A DNA stretch of 32,000 nt from Pyrolobus fumarii 1A (lineage in GTDB: Archaea > Thermoproteota > Thermoprotei_A > Sulfolobales > Pyrodictiaceae), in the NCBI RefSeq assembly GCF_000223395.1, contig NC_015931.1, positions 300,001 to 332,000 of the forward strand. The letters run 5' to 3'. Under the pieces are notes generated by a model. That model saw nothing but the letters and a program-made list of their open reading frames with translations. It was not told where the DNA came from and ran no database searches. Shown in pieces: positions 23,143 through 29,391 of this stretch (positions are counted from its first letter, which is position 1; each line of letters opens with the position of its first letter). The position numbers and the translations under genes are program-made.

Positions 23143-23180
23143 TGTTTGGGCCCAACACATAAAACTCGTTTGGCCCAAAC
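23143..23180. promoter_or_regulatory. divergent promoter/operator: two related palindromes flanking an ATAAAA box
   Basis: TTGGGCCCAA lies at 23146-23155 (perfect 10-bp palindrome). GTTTGG-c-CCAAAC lies at 23168-23180. ATAAAA at 23159-23164 sits between them. The whole element occupies the 75-nt gap between minus-strand gene 23124 and the plus-strand operon. Confidence 0.5.
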
Positions 23181-23199
23181 AATTGACTGGGTCTCGGGT

Positions 23200-24156
23200 T
23201 TGACCGCGGTTGGCGCCGAGCAGCCTAGGCCCGCGCCCGACGAGTACCTGGACTCCCTCCGGGCGGCGGGGAGGCGCGACTGGATACCCGAGGAGTGTAG
23301 CGTCGACGGCGACCTCGTCACCTGCCCGCGTGAGGCTCTCCGTCGTCTACTCCTCGCGGCGGCCGTGGCGATCTTCAAGCAGAGGCTACTCGAGAGGGCT
23401 CTGCGCGAACACGAAGACCTCTACGAGAGGCTCCGCGAGAAGCTGGAGGCCGTCGAGGCGGAGGTCGGGTGGCTGGAGGAGGAGCTTGCGGGGCTCGAGA
23501 GGCTTGTTGGGAGTCTCCTCGGGCTCCAGCCGCGCGTCGAGGAGCTTCTCAGGGAGGTGGGGGAGGCGAGGAGGGAGGCTGCTCGGCTCCTCGAGAGGGT
23601 CGGGAGGTGGACATCGGTATGGGAGTGTAGCTACTCGATCCCGCACCCGGAGACGATCCGTCGCAGGTGTAGGCGTAACCGAAGGCTCTGCATCCTCGCG
23701 GATAGGGTGCAGCGCGCTAAGGCCGAGTGGTACGATTTCCTGTGGAGCCTCCCCGTCCTCGAGCTGGGCGAGGGCCGTGTCCTCCTCTTCAGGGAGGTTG
23801 ACGCCCGGCGCCTGGAGGAAGTATGGAGGCGGCTCTTCGACGGGATAGTCGAGGGGCTGAGGAGGGAGGGGTACCGCACTCGCGCATCCTGCACGTGCAT
23901 CAAGCGCCTCGTGGCGCCCGAGCAGCTGGTCAGGGATGTTGAGGCTGAGGCGGAGAGGCTCCGCGGCGAGATAGAGAGGCTCGTCGCGAGGTCCGCGGAG
24001 CTGGCGAGGATGGGCCGGTCCGCCTCGAGTATCCTCCGCCGCGCAGAGAAGCTCCGAGAGAGGCTGGCGCAGCTAGAGCAGATCCTCCGCGAGCTCCGCG
24101 AGAAGCTGCCTCGAGACGCTCGCGCTAAGGCCCCAACCGCGGTTGCACGGGGGTGA
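23200..24156 (+). CDS. coiled-coil protein, first gene of the DpdA-like operon
   Basis: It has long heptad-like E/R/L-rich stretches. TTG 23200 was chosen because the ORF-track start at 23029 lies inside the divergent gene. The start is uncertain. Palindrome copies lie at its start (23200-23213, right half only) and 10 nt before its stop (24133-24146). Confidence 0.45.
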   Translation: MTAVGAEQPRPAPDEYLDSLRAAGRRDWIPEECSVDGDLVTCPREALRRLLLAAAVAIFKQRLLERALREHEDLYERLREKLEAVEAEVGWLEEELAGLERLVGSLLGLQPRVEELLREVGEARREAARLLERVGRWTSVWECSYSIPHPETIRRRCRRNRRLCILADRVQRAKAEWYDFLWSLPVLELGEGRVLLFREVDARRLEEVWRRLFDGIVEGLRREGYRTRASCTCIKRLVAPEQLVRDVEAEAERLRGEIERLVARSAELARMGRSASSILRRAEKLRERLAQLEQILRELREKLPRDARAKAPTAVARG

Positions 24157-24162
24157 CTGGTC

Positions 24163-25080
24163 GTGCTCAGGGTATTCCTCGTGTCAGTGCATGAAACTAA
24201 CGCGCTGAGGGAGGCTCTAGAGACCCTGGCGAGGCTGGACCGGGAGCTGAGCCGCTGCTGCGGCGTTAGGATTGGCTTGTTGGCGAACTGGCTCAAGTGG
24301 CGGTATAGGCTCGAGTGGCTGGTGGCCGCGAAGAGACGCTACGGGCTCATAGTCTACGTTGATAGTGGCGGCTTTCAGGGTAGGGTGGAGCCAGAGGAGT
24401 ACGCGGGGTGGCTGTGCCGCTACTGGCGGCTGGTGGATGTCGTCTTCGCGCCCGACGACCCCGTCCTCCTCTGCGGGGATCCTCTCGACGAGCAGTGTAG
24501 ACGGCGGAAGATCTGGAGGACTATGGCACTGGCCGTGGAGTTCGCCCAGCTGGTCACCGAGAGGTGCCCGGGTGCCCTGCAGAGGCTCTCGTTGACGCTC
24601 CAGGGCTTGACGCCAGACGAGTACATGGAGTGCTACCAGGGCATCATTGACATGCTCGGGAGCGTGGGCGTCGAAGCCTCGGACTTGAATCCTCTCATCA
24701 CGCTGGGCTCCCTGAAGCTACGCTCGTGGAGGTCTCGCGTCGCGGGGCTACGCGGCACGATAGCCGAGGTTGTGAGCGAGATCAACCTGAAGCCTCTACA
24801 CCTCCTCGGGGTGCACGGCAGGGACCTCCACAAGGTGCTGAACAACGCCAACGTCCACAGCGCTGACACCGGCGCCCAGGGCCTCAACTACATCCTCAAA
24901 CACCGTGATGTGCTCGGATGTGAGAGGCTGGGCCCGGAGTGCTACGCGAGAGCAGTGGAACGCGAAGTCTTCTCGAGTCTCGAGCCTCTCCTCAAGCTCT
25001 CCAAGCTCCGTACCCTCGACAAGTTCATCCCAACCGCGGTCGAGAGGGTGGCTGGCAGTGCAGAGGCTCAGGGTGCCTAA
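24163..25080 (+). CDS. TGT-superfamily transglycosylase, DpdA-like (or the TGT-like half of a split ArcS)
   Basis: IVYVDSGGFQG matches the TGT/DpdA catalytic DSGGFQ motif. Further TGT-like blocks are VFAPDDP, LTLQGLTPDEY, LHLLGV and VHSADTGA. At 305 aa it is short, and no CxCxxC...H zinc site or PUA domain was seen. Confidence 0.6.
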   Translation: MLRVFLVSVHETNALREALETLARLDRELSRCCGVRIGLLANWLKWRYRLEWLVAAKRRYGLIVYVDSGGFQGRVEPEEYAGWLCRYWRLVDVVFAPDDPVLLCGDPLDEQCRRRKIWRTMALAVEFAQLVTERCPGALQRLSLTLQGLTPDEYMECYQGIIDMLGSVGVEASDLNPLITLGSLKLRSWRSRVAGLRGTIAEVVSEINLKPLHLLGVHGRDLHKVLNNANVHSADTGAQGLNYILKHRDVLGCERLGPECYARAVEREVFSSLEPLLKLSKLRTLDKFIPTAVERVAGSAEAQGA

Positions 25081-26026
25081 GGATCGGCTCGGAAGGTTCC
25101 CTGCTAGACACCATCTGGGTATAGACCCTCAGCTTACGGGCATCAGAGCGTTAGAGCATCGTGCGGTGCGAGAGTGGCACCATTGGCTGGCTGACAGGTG
25201 GCTCCCCGAGTGGCCGGTCCTGCTCATCACGCCGTGCAGCAACGTGAAGCCCTACACGCGCTCCCCGACCTCGAGGAAGATCGCCGCGGTGCTCCGGAGG
25301 CTGGGGCTGTGGCGCGGCGGGGCCCCCTTCGGCGTAGAGTGGCTCTACCTCTCGGATCTACTGGTTCTCGTGCCCTACGTACGCGCGGGTGAGTACCCGG
25401 CGTGCTGCTACGAGCTACACCCCGAGGAACTGTTGAAAGACAGGGAGCGTTACGAGCTGATTGTGGGGCTCCTCTCAGACCTGATAGCCCGCAAGCTCTG
25501 GCCGCACACAGTCATCCTATTCCTGCCGAGGAGGCACCTCGAGTTGTGGAGCGAGGCCTACTCGAGGGCGAGGCTCAAGCCACGGGTTGTACGGGTAGCC
25601 TACACTATCTTCTCGGTGAGGGGCCTCGAGGAGGCTGTTAGAGCGGCGGTCGTCGAGGCTGCTCGTGCAACCCGTGCCGTGCTAGAGAGGGGTCTCGGGG
25701 ATGATACCTGCTCTATGGCTGTGCATCGTGCTGACGGCTCGTACATCGAGATCCGCCACCCTAGCGACTGCAGCGGAGAGTGGTGTAGACAGGACGCTCG
25801 TTTCGCCGAAACCTGCCTAGAGTCCCTGTGCAGGCGGCTCTGGCTCGTCGATAGGTTCGCCGGCCCCCTGGATCCCGGGAGGCTACCGGATCGCATCCGC
25901 AGCTTCTGCGTCGAGAGGGGCTACCTCCCGGCCCACGCGCCCCGCCAGGTGAGCCTAGACGAGATCCTCCCGGGCAACCCCGCCCAACCGCGGTTGGAAC
26001 AGCCTCGCAACGCTCATAGGGGGTGA
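25073..26026 (+). CDS. ArcS-like DUF5591 domain protein
   Basis: ITPCSNVKPYTRSPTSR fits the ArcS signature PC-x3-KPY-x2-S-x2-H, with the final H replaced by S. GTG 25073 overlaps the upstream stop by 8 nt. The ORF-track start at 24905 would overlap the upstream gene by 176 nt. Confidence 0.55.
   Translation: MPKDRLGRFPARHHLGIDPQLTGIRALEHRAVREWHHWLADRWLPEWPVLLITPCSNVKPYTRSPTSRKIAAVLRRLGLWRGGAPFGVEWLYLSDLLVLVPYVRAGEYPACCYELHPEELLKDRERYELIVGLLSDLIARKLWPHTVILFLPRRHLELWSEAYSRARLKPRVVRVAYTIFSVRGLEEAVRAAVVEAARATRAVLERGLGDDTCSMAVHRADGSYIEIRHPSDCSGEWCRQDARFAETCLESLCRRLWLVDRFAGPLDPGRLPDRIRSFCVERGYLPAHAPRQVSLDEILPGNPAQPRLEQPRNAHRG
25984..25997. repeat. perfect CCAACCGCGGTTGG copy 26-39 nt upstream of the wHTH gene start
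   Basis: It is an exact 14-mer lying inside the 3' end of the ArcS-like gene, where it is read as QPRL. Confidence 0.85.
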
Positions 26027-26712
26027 GGGGCGTGGCTGGGAGGAGGGTAGTGGAGGCTGCCGTTCCAACCGCGGTTGTACCGGGGAGGCCCAGATCCCAG
26101 AGGGTGGCGCTACTACTAGACCACCTGCTCGCGAAGGGCGAGGAAGGGGCCCTCGCCCACGAGCTCAGCCTGGTGGCCGGCATCCCATCCCGTCAGGTCT
26201 ACCCGTACCTAAGGTGGTGGGTCCAGAAGCGAGTGGTAGAGGTCTCGAAGGCCGGCTGGCTCAACGTCTACCGGCTCAGCCGTAGGGTCCGGAGGGCCCT
26301 CGAGGAGCTTCTAAGGCTCTTGTTCAGGTCTAGGGAGCTGCGTCTGGCTCGCCTCGCTCAGAGGCTCGCGGAGCACCGTCTCATGAGGAGACTGTCGCTC
26401 ATAGAGGCGGAGGTTGTGGCGTTGCTCGCGGAGCGTCTCCTCTCGGGCAGCCCCTACCTGAGGATAAGGGCGGAGTCTAGGTTCCACGCCCTCGACGTGC
26501 TCCGCGTGAAGCTCGAGGCTAGGCTGCGTAGGCTCGGCCTAAGCCCCGAGCAGGTAGCCACACAACTACAACTACTGGGGGAGGCGCTGGAGGAGCTCAC
26601 CGAGGCCGGGGTGATCTACACCCACTGGGACGCCCGCAGCCACACCCTGGTGCTCAGACTCGACCGGAGCATCGAGGAGGAACTCCGGCGACTAGGAGAA
26701 CCACGAGGCTAA
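26023..26712 (+). CDS. double winged-helix DNA-binding protein
   Basis: RVALLLDHLLAKGEEGALAHELSLVAGIPSRQVYPYLRWWVQKRVVEVSKAGWLNVYRLS is MarR/wHTH-like. A second wH-like unit is present (SLIEAEVVALLAERLLSG...LTEAGVIYTHWDARSHTLVLRL). The GTG start overlaps the upstream stop (GTGA). Confidence 0.55.
   Translation: MRGVAGRRVVEAAVPTAVVPGRPRSQRVALLLDHLLAKGEEGALAHELSLVAGIPSRQVYPYLRWWVQKRVVEVSKAGWLNVYRLSRRVRRALEELLRLLFRSRELRLARLAQRLAEHRLMRRLSLIEAEVVALLAERLLSGSPYLRIRAESRFHALDVLRVKLEARLRRLGLSPEQVATQLQLLGEALEELTEAGVIYTHWDARSHTLVLRLDRSIEEELRRLGEPRG
26065..26078. repeat. CCAACCGCGGTTGt copy 43-56 nt inside the wHTH gene
   Basis: The 10-nt core is perfect and is read as PTAV. Together with 25984-25997 it brackets the start codon at 26023. 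Confidence 0.85.
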
Positions 26713-26777
26713 AACCACCCCCGCTTCCACTGGAGCACCTGGAGAACCCCCTACTCCTCTCTACTATCCTAACTACT

Positions 26778-27222
26778 CCAACCGCGGTCGAATCCCCCGC
26801 TTAACCGCGGTTAAACCCCGGTTCCAACCGCGGTTGGAAACAAACTCCCCCACATCAAGAGCCCCGAGCACAACAAGACACCCAAGACACTCTTACCCAC
26901 GAGTACCTCCCCACGCACCGGGGTCTGGTTTAACCGCGGTTAGACTCGGGTTCCAACCGCGGTTGGGGTGGACCGAAAGTACCGGACACCCCTCCGGACA
27001 GGAAGATATTCTAGAACAACCATGACACGCTATCTTGTTATATACCATTTTACGGGCTAAACTCGGGCTGAAGAGAAGCTAAACTCGCGGGGATCATCAC
27101 GCGGTGCATAGAGACTTAGGTTTCAACCGCGGTTGGAACCCGGGATTCGGGCCCGGGAAGCGACCAGGGAGGCGCAAACAAGTAGTTGTGGTAGTCGAGG
27201 GGTTCGCCCCAACCGCGGTTGG
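26778..27222. repeat. cluster B of AACCGCGGTT palindromes (7 copies) in a 570-nt non-coding hub with an A/T-rich core
   Basis: 14-mers start at 26778 (core 1 mismatch), 26801 (TTAACCGCGGTTAA), 26824 (TTCCAACCGCGGTTGGAA), 26930, 26953, 27123 and 27209. Three spacings are 23 nt. The 37-nt composite unit 26801-26837 is repeated at 26930-26966 (34/37 identical). The A/T-rich stretch at about 27001-27060 has 22/60 G+C by hand count. Confidence 0.85.
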
Positions 27223-27282
27223 ATGCGGGCGGGGCTAGGCGAGACACTGCTCTAGTCAACATCCCTTTGAGCAGCCCTGGGT

Positions 27283-27987
27283 GTGGCTTGCCGCTGGTTG
27301 GCCTGCCTGGGTGTGGATGTTGGACGTTTGGAGCCTCGCCCTACGGGCTGTCGGGTTTGCTGCGGGGCCGTAGTGGGGCTTCTGCTAGGCTGGGTGTTTC
27401 GCGAGGTTAAGGGGCTCTATGACCGTGTGCTACGCTTCGCCGAGAGGCTCGAGGCGGTAAGGGGGGAGCTTGAGGCGAAGCTCTACAGGGAGAATGGCGT
27501 CTATCATGCGGCGCTGCTCGGCGAGAAGATGGGCGTTACGCGTAGCCTCGTCGTGATCTACGAGGATGTTGGTGCGCTGTACCCGCGGGAGGTGGACGAG
27601 GAGCTACAGAGGTTCTACGCGTATGCTGTTAGGCTACGGGAGATAGCGGAGGATTATCCCTCGCCGCGGGAGATCCGAGAGATGGCTTGGAGGTTCATCT
27701 GGAGAGCCCTCTGGCTGCTGACACCAGCCATGGCCCTACCTCTCGCCTTTACGCCCCTCCCGGCGCCTCTGGATGCGCTCGCTAGTTTTGCACTCATACC
27801 AGCGCTTATAATGCTCTACGCATATAACGTGCTTGACGTGCTTCGTTTGAAGCTAGAGGAGTCGGACGAGAAGCGTAGGGAGTTTTGCGCGGCGCTGGGC
27901 GAGAGGATAGGGATGATGGAGAACCTCTCTAGCCTACGCGGTAAGAGAGTATTGTCGAGGGAGTTGATGGGGAGGCTGTGTGGCTAG
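27283..27987 (+). CDS. hypothetical protein with a C-terminal-half membrane segment
   Basis: This 234-aa ORF has a GTG start of uncertain position. The hydrophobic stretch is WRALWLLTPAMALPLAFTPLPAPLDALASFALIPALIMLYAY. No family was recognised. Confidence 0.4.
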   Translation: MACRWLACLGVDVGRLEPRPTGCRVCCGAVVGLLLGWVFREVKGLYDRVLRFAERLEAVRGELEAKLYRENGVYHAALLGEKMGVTRSLVVIYEDVGALYPREVDEELQRFYAYAVRLREIAEDYPSPREIREMAWRFIWRALWLLTPAMALPLAFTPLPAPLDALASFALIPALIMLYAYNVLDVLRLKLEESDEKRREFCAALGERIGMMENLSSLRGKRVLSRELMGRLCG

Positions 27988-28478
27988 GCCTCGAGGATCC
28001 TCTCGGCTATCTCGCTCTTCTTGGCGTACTCGGGGTACGCGCTGTACACGTAGCGGAGGAGCTCGAAGGGCTTATCGGCCCACAGGCGGACCAGCCTCTC
28101 CATCTGCTCGAGGAAGTGGGGCTCCTCCCTCCTCAGCCTCTCCACTATCTCCTCGTAGAGCCTCCTCCCCTCCCCGGTCAGCTCGAAGACGTAGACGGTG
28201 TATGCTCCTCCATGAGAGGGCTCGGTGTGCACCCTCACCAGGCCCCGCCTCCTCGCCTCGTCGACGCCCCTCGCCAGCTCCGCGGAGACCGGGCCGTAAC
28301 GGGTGGGTGTGTACCCCAGGCAGCAGCCGCCCGCCTCAACGACGCCCAGGAACCCGAGCTTCTGGAGAACCGTGCCGCCACGCAGCCGCCCGCCGGCGAG
28401 CCCCACGAGCAGCACAACCCACTCGACGGGCGATAGCCTGGCCACACATCCCCCCGTAGAGGCGGGGGGTACCAGCAT
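27984..28478 (-). CDS. hypothetical protein (weak YwgA/SocA-Panacea-like N-terminal pattern)
   Basis: It is 164 aa. GTVLQKLGFLG...YTPTRYGPVSAELARGVDEARRRGLV loosely resembles the T.LQKL..Y..YGP pattern. The assignment is tentative. Confidence 0.35.
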   Translation of the reverse strand: MLVPPASTGGCVARLSPVEWVVLLVGLAGGRLRGGTVLQKLGFLGVVEAGGCCLGYTPTRYGPVSAELARGVDEARRRGLVRVHTEPSHGGAYTVYVFELTGEGRRLYEEIVERLRREEPHFLEQMERLVRLWADKPFELLRYVYSAYPEYAKKSEIAERILEA

Positions 28479-28521
28479 ACAGGGTTATAGCCGGAGATGG
28501 CGAGCTGTGCCGGCTATGCGT

Positions 28522-28535
28522 CTAACCGCGGTTGG
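28522..28535. repeat. last palindrome copy ctAACCGCGGTTGG
   Basis: It sits in the 58-nt gap between the stop at 28537 and the start at 28478. No further copy was seen up to nt 32000. Confidence 0.85.
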
Positions 28536-28536
28536 G

Positions 28537-28968
28537 CTAGCCCAGTCTCCACTTGAGCCAGTAGGCGACGAGCCGCGCGTTGAACAGGAGGAAGAGGGGC
28601 GCGATTATCGCGCCTCCGAGGGCTAGGCCAGAGGCCTCCTTCTCGCCGGCAAGCGCCGCCGCGAGGGCAGAGACGATCATGTTCCCAAATGCGACAGCCG
28701 CCGTATCCCTCACTAGGGGCCCGGCGCTCCCCACTCTCCCGCCGAGCCTCCAGGCCGCCACCAGCAACTCCGTGACCGCGAGGACCGCCAGCCCGTCGAT
28801 GAGCGCGGCGGCCAGCCCGAGCCACCAGTAGGGGGTGTCGGGCGGGAATCTATCCAGGAGCACCAGAGGCTGGACGAGCCACACAAGCCACGCGAAACCT
28901 GCGAGCACGAAGCCCAGCACCAGACCCGCTCGGGTCAGGGCGCCTGCCAACGCCCGCCCCCGCCCCAA
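28537..28968 (-). CDS. membrane protein (about 4 TM)
   Basis: It is 143 aa and almost entirely hydrophobic helices. No family was recognised. Confidence 0.5.
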   Translation of the reverse strand: MGRGRALAGALTRAGLVLGFVLAGFAWLVWLVQPLVLLDRFPPDTPYWWLGLAAALIDGLAVLAVTELLVAAWRLGGRVGSAGPLVRDTAAVAFGNMIVSALAAALAGEKEASGLALGGAIIAPLFLLFNARLVAYWLKWRLG

Positions 28969-28992
28969 CGCACAAATGAAATGAGTGCGGGG

Positions 28993-29016
28993 TGGCGGGC
29001 CCGCGGGGATTCGAAC
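28993..29016 (-). pseudogene. tRNA 3'-end remnant (T-loop, 3' T-stem, 3' acceptor strand, discriminator, CCA)
   Basis: The minus strand reads GTTCGAAT-CCCCG-CGGGCCC-G-CCA. The 5' T-stem partner is missing (AGACG instead of CGGGG). A D-arm-like TAGCCAGTCGGTAGCCA lies at 29021-29037, but there is no anticodon arm or 5' acceptor strand. Confidence 0.5.
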
Positions 29017-29046
29017 GTCTTGGCTACCGACTGGCTACGAAGCGTA

Positions 29047-29367
29047 TCATACGTGAGTCTCTACTATGCGTGGCTTTAGGACTAGTACTTTGCCATCGTC
29101 ACGCTCTACAATCTCAACGTCAAATTCAACACCCTCGAGAGGCTTTACCCCTAGTTTCTCAAGCAGGTCGATAGGGATGTCTAGACGCGGCCTTATGTAG
29201 ACATATTTCTTATGGCCGCGCCTAACACTGTTTCGTGTCCAATGAAGCTTAAGTGTCACTTTTGCGACACCATCTACTCGTTTTCTATCTTCGGTCTTTT
29301 TGGCGTTGTTGTGTACTACCCTCTTGCTTTCTCTCTCCACTCGGGCCTCTAGAGCCACGCGGGCCAC
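29047..29367 (-). CDS. small basic protein with a C-terminal SpoVT/AbrB-like domain
   Basis: RLDIPIDLLEKLGVKPLEGVEFDVEIVERDDGKVLVLKP resembles an AbrB swapped-hairpin motif. The ORF is visibly A/T-richer than its surroundings. Confidence 0.4.
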   Translation of the reverse strand: MARVALEARVERESKRVVHNNAKKTEDRKRVDGVAKVTLKLHWTRNSVRRGHKKYVYIRPRLDIPIDLLEKLGVKPLEGVEFDVEIVERDDGKVLVLKPRIVETHV

Positions 29368-29391
29368 CTCTTGGGGGTTGGGAGGAGCGTG

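Larger units (their letters stand above)
1..29391. mobile_element. putative genomic island / integrated plasmid-like element abutting the 3' end of tRNA-Ser (left end outside window)
   Basis: The accessory gene content includes TA pairs, VirB4-like and pilus genes, Zn-finger/RHH/wHTH regulators and a DpdA-like gene. The island-wide AACCGCGGTT palindrome is absent from 28536-32000. The tRNA-Ser 3' end points into the region, and a tRNA 3' remnant lies at 28993-29016. No integrase or second att copy was seen in the window. Confidence 0.4.

Noticed and set aside
26778-27222. The clustered short repeats could be a CRISPR array.
   Set aside because: The repeats are 14-22 bp self-palindromes with irregular spacing (23, 23, 106, 23, 170 and 86 nt between starts). 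The same word is scattered through coding regions. No cas genes or leader-like arrangement are present. None of this fits CRISPR architecture.
28993-29045. Possible split-tRNA 3' half or intron-containing tRNA.
   Set aside because: Only the T-loop, 3' T-stem and 3' acceptor strand are intact. The sequence upstream cannot pair as a T-stem (AGACG versus CCCCG). There is no anticodon arm or bulge-helix-bulge-like junction, and no complementary leader typical of split tRNA halves. It was treated as a remnant or att-like scar.
1-29391. An integrase or relaxase that would prove an integrated conjugative element.
   Set aside because: No ORF in the window shows tyrosine or serine recombinase, SSV-type integrase, relaxase or VirD4 motifs that I can recognise. 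The mobile-element call therefore stays a low-confidence inference.
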